DNA of 64,000 nt from Eledone cirrhosa (taxonomy: Eukaryota), in contig OZ024742.1 in the NCBI GenBank assembly GCA_964016885.1, forward strand, positions 289,106,001-289,170,000, in the 5' to 3' direction. Both the position numbers and the translations under genes were made by a program. The notes beneath the pieces were generated by a model. It ran no database searches, had not been told where the DNA came from, and saw only the letters and a program-made list of their open reading frames with translations. Positions 13,047 through 25,999 of the stretch are shown piece by piece (position 1 is the first letter of the stretch; each line of letters begins with the position of its first letter).

Positions 13047-14186
13047 ATTGCCTGAAATATAAATAACACTAGCACTTAGACGGTCTCTAAAACATGCTAA
13101 AGTAGGCTTTGAAACCTTAGGTAACATGCATCTGTGTTGAGAATTTATTTAAAATAATATACTTTAGCTTTATATTTAACAACTAACACTCTTTTTCCTT
13201 TATCTAGTCTACGGAAAGTCTTGACCCGACACATATATACATGTATATGTAACATCGTTAGTTAATTCATCAAGCAGTGAGAAATTTGAAATTTGAAAAT
13301 ATAGTCCCTACCATGCAAGTAACTATAATAATAGTAGATAAATAAATTGGGTAAAGAACTCCTGAAGACAGAAAAAGTCGACAGAGATGCTTGCAGGTTA
13401 CTATATTTTCAAATTTCCCTTTGCTTCATTAATTAACTGCAAATGTTATTTACACTTCTAGCTTCACACTTAAATCTTCTAAAATAGACTTCAATTAGCA
13501 ATCAGAGGCCCTATGGCATATTGGTTAAACATGCTTGTTCAGCATATGAGAGATATATGATTTGATTCTGCACAGGTGTCTTTGTCGAGATTTTTCCATC
13601 TCCAGGGGTTCTTTACCTAATATATTCAGCTATTATTGTTGTGGTAATTGTGATAATGGTTGTGGTTGTAGGAGTGATGGGGTGGCTGTGATCTTACAGT
13701 TGTTGTTGTTGTTGTTGTGGTGGTGGTGGTGTGGTGTAAGTAGTGGTGGAGGTTCTTGCTGTACTTGTTATTGCTGTTGTTGTTGTGGTGGTGATGGTGG
13801 TGGTGGTAGTTCCTGCTGTTGTTATAGTGGTGGCAGTTGCTGCTATTGTTGTTGTGGTAGTGGTGGTTGGTGCTGTTCTTGTTGCTGCTGCTCATGTTGT
13901 TGTAGTAGTGGTAATGTAAGTAGTGGTGGTGGTGGCTGCTGTTGTAGTTGAGCAACAACAACAACAATAACAACAACAACAACAACAACAACAATAACAA
14001 CAACATAGATGTCAGCTCTCCTATAGTGAGAGCTAACATCTAATAAGCAGGAGGCCTTTAATGTTTCAATAGAGAATTAAACAATGTCTCTCTCTCAATT
14101 GCCGCCATTAATGTCTCTTACTAACACTGACAGTAATATAAGTGTTTATTGTTAGTTAATAACACAGAAATATCAGCTAATAGTGA

Positions 14187-14520
14187 AGACTCATGGCTTA
14201 GTGGTTAGAGCATTGGCCTTGCAATCACGAGGTTGTGAGTTCGATTATCAGACTGGGTAATGCGTTGTGTACTTGAACAAGACACTTTATTTCACGTTGC
14301 TCCAGTTTACTCAGCTATAGAAATGAGTTGCGATGTCACTGGTGTCAACCTATATCGGCCATTGCTTCTTCCTTGAGCAACATCGGTGGCGGGGAGAGGG
14401 GAGACTAGTATGCATGAGCAACTGCTGGTCTTCTATAAACAACCTTGCCCAGACTTGTGACTCAGAGGGGATGCTTTCTCGGCACAAATCCCATTGTTAA
14501 ACATGACCGAAGGGGGTCTT
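14187..14520 (+). mobile_element. tRNA-derived SINE (family B)
   Basis: A box TGGCTTAGTGG, B box GTTCGATT, then GTGT.CTTGA.CAAGACACTT core; relatives near 19650, 32810, 41965, 52360, 55850(-), 57196, 60565 and 60915. Confidence 0.8.
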
Positions 14521-14826
14521 TACACTTTATCAGGTAATAGGTGTTAGATGTTGCTAAGAGTAATATTAATAGAAGGTGTTATATGTCAGCTTCACTCTCA
14601 ATTTTAGCCAAAAACATTTGTTGCTGTAACCAACAACGATGATTATTATATTATAATATAAGGTATTGCATGCTGGCTGCAAGTACTGACAACAATAGAA
14701 AGTGTTGATATGTTAGCAACAGCAGAAACGAAATATTAAGAATGAGAATATATAATGGAAATTTCAATTTTGGATGATATATCACATAGCTAGTGATCGA
14801 GGCATGTTGGCTATAGAGATGTGTGC

Positions 14827-14884
<58 letters not shown>

Positions 14885-15066
14885 AGATAAATCTACCAAA
14901 ATGTACGGTAGTGTCCAATCCGTATGAAGAACTCAATGTAATCTGAATATCATGAAAAGAGAATGTATTCAAAAAAAATTTTCGGTGAAAAATAACGGAA
15001 AACAGAGTCAAGATAAATTAATAAAATAATGAATAAACAAAGAAACAGTTCCTTATATTAAAAAAT

Positions 15067-15204
15067 TCATCATTTTACGATCGTTTCTAGGATATATATG
15101 TTAGTGTTGGTATACATATCCTATAGATCTATGTAAAATTTTTACAAACTATCAGAGGGAATATACATACCTACACATATATATGCTGTCTTCAGAAATA
15201 ATGA
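15067..15204 (-). ncRNA. Type I hammerhead ribozyme with a long stem II insert
   Basis: Minus strand: TCATTATTT-CTGAAGA-(~110 nt, AGCATATATAT/ATATATATCCT)-GAAA-CGATC-GTA-AAATGATGA; 9-bp stem I; palindromic stem III ACGATCGT. Confidence 0.7.
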
Positions 15205-15650
15205 TATTTGTTTATTGAAAAAAACCAACAAAGATTTAATACAATAGGTCTGTTTGGGAACAGGTTTTGAATTGACCAATAGAAAGATAGTGACGGTCAA
15301 GATGGTAAAATAGTAGTAAAAGAACCTTAATTTATGGGTAGAGGAAGGTAGATTTCAGTTTTGGATGGAAAGAATATTATGAATGAAAGATTATTTTAGG
15401 GATGAAAATAGGTCATATGCTGACCTCAGAAATAATTATATTTGTTCATTGAATAAAACCAACAAAGATTTAATATAGTAGGTCTGTTTGGGAACAGGTT
15501 TGGAATTGACCAATAGAAAGGTAATAATTGGCCAAATGGTAAAATAGTAGTAATGGAAGTTTATTTTAGGGGTAGAAGAAGGCAGATTTCAGTTTTGAAT
15601 GGAAGGAGTATGAAGAATGAAAAGGTTATTTTAGGGGTGAAAATAGGTCA
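15192..15650. repeat. Two diverged tandem copies of a ~233-bp unit (probable PLE 3'/pLTR sequence)
   Basis: TCAGAAATAAT..TATTTGTT...AAATAGGTCA present twice. Confidence 0.8.
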
Positions 15651-16189
15651 GGTCAGTAAAAGGTACACGAAAAGTTGCTGTTATAAAAGAATAATGCCAA
15701 TGTAAATATCTAAGGAGACTAAAATTTTACGATAAAAGTGTTAGTGAAAAAATATATATGGAATTTACATCTATGAAAAGAATATAAATTAACTTAATTG
15801 ATGGGTATATTTATATTGATAAAATTATATTAATGCATATAGATATGATAAATAAGAGTTAGATGTAATTGAAGAGTGCTGTTAAAGACGAGGGGAAATT
15901 AAAAAAATATAAAAAGAATATATATATATATATATATATATAATTATTGGGGGGGGGGGTTAAATTTATTAGTGAGAAATAATAAATATATAGAGATTTC
16001 AAGGAACATAGAATCACAACCTGAAATTAAAACATTATATATGTTTACTTAATGAGGGGATAAAAGCCGACCTTACCCAATTGCACCTCTCAAAGGCGAT
16101 GACATAGGACCGTCACGCATTAATACAGAAGATCCGACTCCCCGCGGGTTCAAGCCGAAGCTGAAGCATATAGACAATATGCCCCCACC

Positions 16190-16445
16190 CTCTCCCACTG
16201 TAAAGTGGTCGTGGAGATGCCACGTCAAAAAAGCACCCATCCCACACTGTAAAGTGAACGTGTAGGCGCCACGGGACAAAAACACCCAGCACTCACTGTA
16301 AATGAGGTTGGTGATAGGAAGGGCATCCAGCTGTAGAAATCAGCCAGAATCAGTTCCAGTATGAGAAAGACAAGGTCAGCCGACCGGACACTGCCCACAA
16401 CAGGACAACCCGTCTAACCCATGCTAGCGTGGAAGAACGGACGTA

Positions 16446-16446
<1 letters not shown>
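16190..16446 (+). mobile_element. SINE 3' half with repeated ~48-bp internal unit and RTE-like tail
   Basis: CCCACTGTAAAGTGGTCGTG...AAAAAGCACCC repeats, AGGAAGGGCATCCAGCTGTAGAAA, tail ACCCATGCTAGCGTGGAAGAACGGACGTAA. Confidence 0.7.
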
Positions 16447-16542
<96 letters not shown>

Positions 16543-16679
16543 TAACCATCGTCTCAGTGTGTTTGGCCTTTAACGTTTGTTATAGCTCTGGTTCATCTGA
16601 ATTATTGAGCACTTGCCACACATCTCGGAGGTTGTTTTTTGTTATTTCGTGGGCCGAAATGCGAATCTCGATAATTTAT

Positions 16680-16715
<36 letters not shown>

Positions 16716-16796
16716 ACACCTACTGATGAGCAGAGAAATGGTGATGACTTCGCTTAATATGATTTTGCGAAACAGTTTCAATCACTATCTAGGTGT
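16716..16796 (+). ncRNA. Type I hammerhead ribozyme
   Basis: ACACCTA-CTGATGA-GCAGAG...TTTTGC-GAAA-CAGT-TTCAATC-ACT-ATC-TAGGTGT; perfect 7-bp stem I; one C.A mismatch next to the cleavage triplet. Confidence 0.75.
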
Positions 16797-16968
16797 TTTC
16801 AGGCAGTTGCCCAATATAGGCTTGTTATTATTTTTCTTAATTTACTACTTTAAATTAAGTCTGACAAACCATATTGCTGTAGTTAGTATTTTTTCACCCT
16901 AGCAACCCTGGTCCTTATATTTCGGACACATGTATGTTTATATTAGTGTTCATCTCTCTTGTATATTC

Positions 16969-17024
<56 letters not shown>

Positions 17025-17164
17025 TACTGAAATAAATAAAGATATCGTGTCTGAGAAAATTACAATCACGCGCCATATTACCTACAAAACAAGGTCAAAG
17101 AAAAAATTCAAAGAAAAAATTCCGAGAAAAAATTATCTTCTGTTTTAATGTTTAATATATTTAT

Positions 17165-17637
17165 CAACAGTGCAATATTAGGCTTCTGAATTTAGGAGGA
17201 GGAGGGAGAATCTTGAAGATGACCCAAAGTCTGGTCGTCCTGCAACTGCCACCACCGAGGAAAACGTTGATTGCGTTCACCACATGGATGAAGTTGACTG
17301 ACCATAAATCAAATAGCCAATGCTATTAGCATATCCCGTGAGAGAGTTGAGAATATTTCGCACAGTGAACTTGGCATGATGAAGGTTTCTGCTTAGTGGG
17401 TGTCATGTCTACTGACACCTGATCAAAAGTGTACCAGTCTGATCACATCATGGGGAAATCTGACATCGTTTGAGTTAGATCCAGCTGCTTTCTTAGAACG
17501 CTTCCAAACACCACTCACCTGCTTCAAAGAAGGCCAAGGTAATTTCATCTGCAAAGAAGGTGGTGACCTCAGTTTTTGAGGATGCAAAAGGCATTGTGTT
17601 TCTTGACTATCTTCAAAAGAGACACACCATAAATAGT
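17165..17637 (+). pseudogene. Tc1/mariner (mariner-type) transposase remnant
   Basis: EFRRRRENLEDDPKSGRPATATTEEN, MKVSA*WVSCLLTPDQK (WVPRLL motif), KKAKVISSAKKVVTSVFEDAKGIVFLDYL. Confidence 0.8.
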
Positions 17638-18442
17638 GTGACCCTTTTGAAGCCTAGAATCACTGGACAGATTTTACAGGAGACTCAAGGGTGTTACGAG
17701 TGAAATGGTTGGATAACATCCACAAGCTCAGATGGTCTCGTTTGAGGATCCAGATCACTTCCAATAGGTCCCTATGGAAGGCGTGCCTGAGGACACAACT
17801 TCCACAAACCCATTGGGAAGAAGAAGAAGAAGAAGAAGAAGAAGAAGGTGGAGGAGGAGGTGGAGAAGGAGGGTAGACATGTGATTGTTGAATGAGTTAA
17901 TGCTTGAATGAACAAACCAACGTACGTACGGATGAATCAATGAATGAACGATTAAACGATAAAACAATTAAACAATTATATGAATGACTGGAATAAACGA
18001 CTAAATGAATTTATGAATGAAATTGATTGTAAGAGAGAAATGTGTTTTATTGTGTCATTCAGTGAAACTGGAGTATGACCGTCGTTCTATTGACTTTCAT
18101 AATTTCCATTAATGTGTTTACTTTAAGTTTGATTCGAGCAAGCTTTAAAAATAGCACACACAGCCAACGAATAATAGTGAATAAATGAAGGGAATACATT
18201 TGAATGGGTTGTGCGGTCGCCATAACCGTTCTTAAAACACTGTATTCTTCCTTCAAATCATCTTTTCTCTTCACACTATCATTATCGGCTGTTTATATTT
18301 GCTTCTTCGTCATCCTTCATTGCATTTCATTCTCTCCTTTTCTTTCTCTCCCTTTTCTTTCTTTCTTTATTTCTTTCTTTCTTTGTTATTTCTTTTTTCC
18401 GATTGCCTTTTTTTCATTTGATTTCTTTCTGCAAGTTTTAGG

Positions 18443-18502
<60 letters not shown>

Positions 18503-19039
18503 ATCGGTTTTTGTGTGTGAGAGAGGGAGCGTGTGTGTATGTATAATAGTAATAATAATTGTTTCTACGTTTGGCACAAGGCCAGCAAATTACTCAGTGC
18601 ATTACTGGTACTTTATTTTATCGACCCCGTAAGGATGAAAGGCAAAGTTAACCTCGGTGGGATTTGAACTCAGAATGGCAAGGGCCGTAACTCTATGCGT
18701 CAAAGCATGGCGTCCGACCCTTTACCGATACTGCCAATCCACTGAAAATTGCGTACCGTGCTCAGGTGCACTACAATGTGTCCTTACATGTTTAAAAATG
18801 AGTGTGTTTATGTGTTTGTGTGTGTGTGTATATATCTATGTGCATGTATGTCTGTATATATGTATGTGTGTATATATGTATGTGTGTATGTATGTATGTG
18901 TGTGTATATGTATGTATATATGTATGTATGTGTATGTATGTGTGTGTGTGTACGTATGTCTGTATATATGTATGTATGTATATATGATGGCATCCAATGA
19001 TGTTGACTTGTTCTTCTTTTTGGTAAATATCATCTTGGT

Positions 19040-19310
19040 TAAGAGAGTGGGACTGGCTTTGTGCAGTGCCTTTGCTCACTATAAAAGCTTCACGGCACAG
19101 GCATTGCTTTGTATCTGGAGATCTCTCTGCACTTGTCGTCACATGGGCCCAGCACTATGTGTCAATAATTGTCACAGGTGTAGTGTTTGTACCAGAGTTT
19201 TCAAGTCGCTGGCTGGACTAAAAAGCCACACTCGTTCAGCGCATCGGTAGGGGTTCTCCTACATGGATATAAAGTAGTGGCCGTACTCGAAAACGAGTTG
19301 GCAGCCACCA
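19040..19310 (+). mobile_element. LINE 3' end (RTE-type) with terminal C2H2 finger
   Basis: HRCSVCTRVFKSLAGLKSHTRSAHR* followed by a short UTR and a microsatellite. Confidence 0.55.
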
Positions 19311-19384
19311 TGTATATATATGTGTGTGTGTGTGCATGTATGTATGAATGTATATGTATGTATATGTATGTGTATATATATATG

Positions 19385-19440
<56 letters not shown>

Positions 19441-19954
19441 ATGTATGAATGTATATGCATGTATGTATGTATATGTATATGTATGTGTTATATTTTTCCC
19501 TATCCTGTATTCATTAGTTGTTGATATTCGCTATCCAGAGACCAGCTCTTTATTCCTCCCACGCACCGATCGATAACATTGTTCTACTCAAAACTTAGAC
19601 ACATGCAAGCCAGCATATCTCTATCTGTAATGTGGACACAGCATTTCTGAATGGTTAAAACTTTTGCTTTGCAATCATAAGGTCGCAGGTTCAATCCCAC
19701 CACATACCATCTTGAGCAAGTGTCATTTAAAATAACCTAAGGTCAACCTATATCTTATGAGTGGAATTAGATAGTCAGAGACTGTTTGGAAGCCTGTCTG
19801 ATTGACTGTATTTGTAATTCAAAGAGCTGGAATTGTCACACATTGTGTCTTGCTTAATCTAAAGAACTACGTTAAGAGTACACGTGCTTGTGGAATGCCC
19901 AGCCATATGAAGTATAATTCAAAAGGGATAGTAACTGTAATTCAAAGAGCCAGT

Positions 19955-20256
19955 CAGGGTTGGATTTAGACCTTGGGGAGCCCCCGGGGTATTTCAGGTG
20001 GGGGGCTCCTTATACACAAACATTTAGAATACACATCAAAGCCCCCAATTTTATATATCAAAGTTAGGTTGGCACAAGTAATTGGAATTGAAACATTATA
20101 CATACAGGTATTAAATTCAAAAATTCTAACCAACCTAAAACTAAAGAGCCCAGCTGAGAGCACAAATGAATTGCTACAGCTGCCACTGGTGGGGCTCCCC
20201 ACAGCAGGGGGCCCTCGGGCAATTGCCTCCTTTGCCTCCCATTTAATCTGACCCTG
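19955..20256. mobile_element. hAT-like MITE
   Basis: TIRs CAGGGTTGGATT / AATCTGACCCTG; imperfect 8-bp TSD GAGCCAGT / AAGTCAGT; interrupts a ~130-bp tandem duplication. Confidence 0.7.
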
Positions 20257-21063
20257 AAGTCAGTATTGCCACACACTGTGTCATACTTAATGTTAAGAAC
20301 TACGTTAAGAGTATATGTGTCTGTGGAATGCCCAGTCACTTGCACTATAATTCAAAATGGAGAGTAACTGTAATTCAAAGGACCAGTGATATTGTACATT
20401 CTGTCATGTTGAATCTCTCACATGCACACTAACATAATCAACAGACTGTGTCATTGATTAAAGAGCTGGAACATGCACTGTGGAAACCAATGGAGGTCCA
20501 TTCCACTTCCTTATATATAATCTAACTGAGCTAACACATTCAAATATCTTAAACCAGAGATTGGGAACATCCAACCTTAAGGCCACACATGGCCTTCTAT
20601 GCCATTCTGTGTGGCCTTTTGAAGGAATCAAAAATTTCCAACAAGTTTTTAATTTTGATTAATATGTTTTTGTCTATCTCTTATTATTTTAGTTCAAACC
20701 ATAAGCTAAATGTATATTAAATACCAAAGAGTAAAAGAAACTTCAACGAAATAATCCCCACAGACAAACAGCAAGCATTAAAAAATTAGTAGATCATATA
20801 TAATTATGGTTTCTTGAATGCAGCCTTGTTATATTACAAGTAACTTATTGTGGCTTCTCAACATGAAAAGGTTTTCCACCTCTGTCTTAAACTAACTAGT
20901 AGTGCCATAGTGCCAGATTCTTTTATTCTTTTACTGTTTTTTTTTCATTAGACTATGGCCATGCTGGGGCACCTCTTGGATTTAGTGGATTATATAGACC
21001 CTGGTATTTATTTTATCAATTTCTTTTTCTGTCAAACCATTATGTTACAAGACACTGGTACAC

Positions 21064-21096
<33 letters not shown>

Positions 21097-21203
21097 TGTA
21101 TGTATGTATGTATGTATGTATGTATGTATGTAGTGAGAGGGTCAACAAGAAAAAATATAGAATCAGAGCTAATTTATTATGATCATACACTCGAAATATT
21201 TAC

Positions 21204-21277
21204 AATGCTACCTTAAGTTTCATAGCTAGGCAGAGACTGCAAATGCAGTCTGTAAAAGCCTGTGTTTCTCAGGTATT
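21204..21277 (-). ncRNA. Decayed hammerhead motif
   Basis: Minus strand: AATAC-CTGAGAA-(AGGC..AGACTGCA/TGCAGTCT..GCCT)-GAAA-CTTAAG-GTA-GCATT; core G8 mutated. Confidence 0.4.
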
Positions 21278-22515
21278 AGAATTCAAAATTCCTACTCTGA
21301 AAACTGGCAACAATGTTAGATAAGACTTACGCCACCAGCATGTAAACTAGCAACAGGATACCCCTAACTCGTGAGGTCTATATACATTGCTGCTTTCTCA
21401 GTCCTGCAGGACTTTGAAGAGATATCTGCACTAGGAGATCAAAGCAGCACGTATCTGTGCTACACACATGTTGCTTTCTAAGTATCAACAGCCAGGATCA
21501 TCCAATGACAAGCAAACACAAGATAATTGGTAGCTGTATCAACCTCAGACTTTTTCAGAGTCTTCTTCTTGCAGAAAAAGAAATAAGATTATTAGTAGTT
21601 GAATCAACCCTGAATTTTTCAAAATAAATAAATAAATAAACAAGGTAAAATGACTTTTCTTTGTAGATATATGGACTCCATTCCCCAGTTTGGGCAAAGG
21701 AATGCTACATTCTTTCTTGCCCAATAATAAATGATAGAGAGGAATAGAAATATTAAAGAAGAAAAATAATTAGTAATTAGTGAGTGTTAGTTAATCACCT
21801 GGTCAACATTAAATAACCACTAATTAGACTAATTAAAAATAGATTATAAATATTTCTAGTAAATAGAATTATATTTAGAAGTAGTTATTGAATTGAATAA
21901 CACATTGAAATAGTTGGTAAACAAATACTGTATACACTCATGTAAAATCTTGTTTTTATCTTTTTTTAATATTTCCATCATTGTATAACTTCTGTTTGTA
22001 AAATATAGTTGACATAATAAAACCATAGCTAAACAGTAAAAATATATATATATATTTATTTATTTATTTAATAAACTTAAACATTCATATTGATCTGCTA
22101 AGCCATGACTGACTGTGAAAGATATCTAATATTTCTTATAATAAAGAGGCTGGTGGGTTAGCAGTATTGATAGAGCGTCTAACAACATGCGTTATGGCAT
22201 AGAGTTACGTCCCTTTACGTTCTGAGTTCAAATCCTGCCAAGGTTAGCTTTGCCTTTCATCCTCACAGGGTCGATAAAATAAAGTATAGTAACACATTGG
22301 GGTTGATTTAATTGGCTTTCTCCTCCCCCAAAATTGCTGGCCTTGTGCCTAAATCAGAAACCAACACCTTATAATAAAGTAACACAAACAAGAAACAATA
22401 AATGAAGAAAAAAATACAAGAAACAAAATTAAGAAAAGCTATAAAGTAGTTAAATGTTTGTTGTTGTTGGATCTTTTTGTAGCTTTCATGTATGGGAAGA
22501 TCCTTGGCATTATAT

Positions 22516-22696
22516 GTGGATTGGCAGTATCGGTAGAGGGTCGAATGCCATGTTTTCCAGCATAGTTACGTCCCTTTACGATCTGAGTTCAAATCCCGCC
22601 GAGGTTGACTTTGCCTTTCATCCTTACGGGGTCGATAAAATAAAGTACCAGTAATGCACTGGGTAATTGCTGGCCTTGTGCCTAAAGTAGAAACAA
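22516..22696 (+). mobile_element. tRNA-like SINE (family A), representative copy
   Basis: A box TGGCAGTATCGG, B box GTTCAAATCC, body GCCTTTCATCCTTACGGGGTCGATAAAATAAAGTACCAG; further copies near 4222, 8444, 18560(-), 22148, 33578, 37500, 40330-41101, 42468(-), 50793(-), 55688(-), 57640, 58160, 58520 and 61505(-). Confidence 0.9.
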
Positions 22697-23009
22697 TTAT
22701 ATTACACTATCAATCTTGATGGGTTTTTTAATGTCCTTTCTCTATCTCGCTTTCTCAGATTGGTAGTTTTTACATTGGAACAAATACTGCCATAAAGTTT
22801 CTGGATAGTCTCCACAAGAACATAAAAGTGATTCTATATGATCTATTCTTGATAAAATATAGTTTAAGTGTAAGGTCATGGAGGATGGAAATTTAATAGC
22901 TCATCTCTAGATTCTTCCCCAAAATTTCACCACCATTGAATAATTATGTTTTTGTTAAATGATTTGTGATAGATTTTGAATGTGCTCTATATCTATAATC
23001 TCTATTTGT

Positions 23010-23270
23010 GCTCCCTCTTTTGTTAATTCATCTGCTTTCCTATTTTCCCAAATATCTTTATGGCCTAATATTCAAATCGTTGACATCTGTTTATTATTTT
23101 CTGATAAATGATTATCTATTTTTAGCAGAACATTCTCAAGATCTCTAACCCAACATATTTTTCTTCATTAAAATAGTTCTAGGTGCTATAAACAATCAGT
23201 AACTAGAAAGAAAGCCTTTTTTCCCCTGGCATTTCTTTAGCAGAGTCTATAGATGATATTAACCTCCACC
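23010..23270 (-). pseudogene. Possible highly decayed RNase H domain of an I-group-like LINE
   Basis: Frameshifted LVTDC ... GHKDI ... KADELTKEGA resembling the WIPGH.G..GNE.AD.LAK.GA motif. Confidence 0.35.
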
Positions 23271-23812
23271 ACTGGGAATGATACCATGGTATAATCTGAG
23301 GCTTGTATTTGTATTATAATTTCAAAAAGACCAAGTAGCTTTACACTTTAGTGTTTGAGCAATACAGGCTAAATTGGAAAAGCAATACCTCAACAATATA
23401 AGCACATACAAATGAAGAGGCATGCACATTTGAGAAAGGAGAGAAACTGTTGTTAATTCTTCATATATATAAAGTATTTATAGATTTTATATGACATACA
23501 AACTGAATGATGTTCTGCTTTTCAAGTAGCAACAAATAGAATCTAGGGAGTAGACCAAAGGAGTATAATTAAGGTTAGCTAATTGGTACTATGAGAATGT
23601 ACAGTGGACATCCTAGGTAGCTTATAGTCATTGAATATGCATGAATACTAAACCAACCCCCTCCATATAAATACCTGCGTAATCTGCAACCTCCTATTTT
23701 TGTGTAATAATTTTATCATAAAATCTCACACCATACTCAAGTATAAATAGTACTCAGATTTCTGGCAACACAAAACTGAAACAAGAGAGGAATTGTAGCC
23801 AGAGCTAGTAAC

Positions 23813-24107
23813 TGAGTATTTAGTGCCCTAGGCTGTCATTGCAATGTGCACCTTAGTATTTAGTGCTCTAGGCTGGCATTACAACATGCATCTTAGTATT
23901 TAGTGTGCTAGGCTGGCATTACAATGTGCACCTTAGTATTTAGTGCACTAGACTGGCATTACAATGTGCACCTTAGTGTTTAGTGCACTAGACTGGCATT
24001 ACAATGTGCACCTTAGTATTTGGTGCACTAGGCTGGCATTACAACATGCATCGTAATATTTAGTGCACTAGGCTGGCATTACAACGTGCACCTTAGTATT
24101 TAGTGCC
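23813..24107. repeat. 40-bp tandem repeat, ~7.4 copies
   Basis: TAGTGCACTAGGCTGGCATTACAATGTGCACCTTAGTATT with period 40 (23821, 23861 ... 24101). Confidence 0.95.
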
Positions 24108-24689
24108 AGCCTAGGGATAGTGACACAACAAAATATACCCAATCCACCCTGTAAAGTGGTCATGCAGGTGTCACAACAAAAAGCACCTGGTCTACCCTGT
24201 AAGGTGGTTGTATTGGTGACATAACAAAAAAGTACACAGTCCTCACTGTGAATGTGGTTAGCTTTAGGAAGGGCAATCCCAATACATTATAAAATAGATA
24301 GGATGGGTTGAAGTCTCAGTATGTAAACTAAACAACTAATTCTGGTGTTCAAAAAAAAATCAACGGAGACAACCTAGAAACACAGGATCTCATGATTGCC
24401 AAGCAAAGGTGTTAACCATTCAGCTATGCTGTGTCCAGTCAGCCAATATATTTGTTTGAGAAAAACAGAGGATATGTAATCAAAGACAACAAATGAGGTA
24501 GATTTAGTTAAGGTGTTGAGATGTACTGGATTGATGTGTTAGGAAAAGATGGTGCAGCAGTGTGTGGTGTGACATGTGTGAGTTTGGGAAAGTGTGTGTG
24601 TGTGTATATATGCATATGTATATACATAAATATATATATTTAAGTGCGTATATATATATATACACATATAATATATATATTTATATGTT

Positions 24690-24728
<39 letters not shown>

Positions 24729-24731
24729 GTT

Positions 24732-24802
<71 letters not shown>

Positions 24803-24805
24803 TTA

Positions 24806-24850
<45 letters not shown>

Positions 24851-24969
24851 GTTTATGTATATATATATATATATACATAAACATATAAATATATCAAATC
24901 AACTTTTCAAATACAAGTCGATGTTGAACGGTATGTCAAATCTATTTATTTATAAAACTGTCTATATTG

Positions 24970-25035
24970 TATTTTGTCTGAAGAAGGCATAACATATTGT
25001 TAATATGATATCCCTGAAATATATATAATGGAATA
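24970..25035 (+). ncRNA. Type I hammerhead ribozyme
   Basis: TATTTTGT-CTGAAGA-AGG..CATATT-GTT-AATATG..CCT-GAAA-TATAT-ATA-ATGGAATA; all three stems pair (with G.U). Confidence 0.65.
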
Positions 25036-25100
25036 GATATGGTTTTATAAATATAGTTTCCATTTATTTAATATCGTATATATATATATATTTATATGTT

Positions 25101-25147
<47 letters not shown>

Positions 25148-25999
25148 TTATGTATATATATATATATTTATATGTTTATGTATATATATATATATGGTGC
25201 AGCAATGGCGGCTGTTTCTATATCTCCAATTCATCAAGTTTGTATGATACACCTGTTGTTGTTGTTGTTGTTGTTGCTGCTGCTGTTGTTGTTGATAGAA
25301 CTAGTGAGAAGACCTGAGAGGTGAAAACCAATGGGAGATCAATTTACTTTTTCTCAATCATTCACTAATGGACATCCCACACACAGACAGAGAGAGAGGG
25401 GGGTGACAGAGAGAGAGGGGGGAGACAAGGTGATTGAGAAAGAGAGAGTGAGAGAGTGAGACAGAGAGAGAGACAGAAAAAGAGAGAGAGAGACAGAGAG
25501 ACAAGGTGATTGAGAAAGAGAGAGAGAGAGACTGACATACAGAGAGAGAGAGAGAGAGAGAGACAGGGAGATAAGGTGATTGAGAAAGAGAGAGACAGAG
25601 AGAGAGAGAGACAGGGAGAGAGAGGAAGAGAGAAGGGGACAGAGAGAGAGAGACAGAGGGAGAGAGAGAGAGACAGAGAAACAAGGTGATTGAGAAAGAG
25701 AGAGAGAAACAGGGACAGAGGCAGAGATAGATAGATAGATAGATAGATATCTTTCTTTATTTGCCACAGGGACGTACAAAAATGGGACATTACAAGACGT
25801 GACGGCGGGGGTTTTACATAAAAATAACTTTAACATTAATAAATAACAATAAACTATATATAATAAAATAACAATTGAAATCCCCAATAGGTGGGGGGGG
25901 GGGACGTTACTGCAGGGTTGTTTTACACCCCGTGGATAGCACAACCCTCAACACCAGGAACACGTTTTGTACGTCTTCCCTCTCTTTATCTTCCTCAAC

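Noticed and set aside
14187-14275. tRNA gene
   Set aside because: A/B boxes are present but there is no proper cloverleaf and it continues into a repeated SINE body
18657-19576. Cys/Val/Tyr-rich ORFs (also 24562-25317 and 41242-41688)
   Set aside because: (TG)n/(TA)n microsatellite artefacts; only the terminal C2H2 motif looks real, and it is LINE-derived
21556-21625. Minus-strand terminal exon VDSTTNNLISFSARRRL*
   Set aside because: Weak acceptor, no partner exon and no recognisable homology
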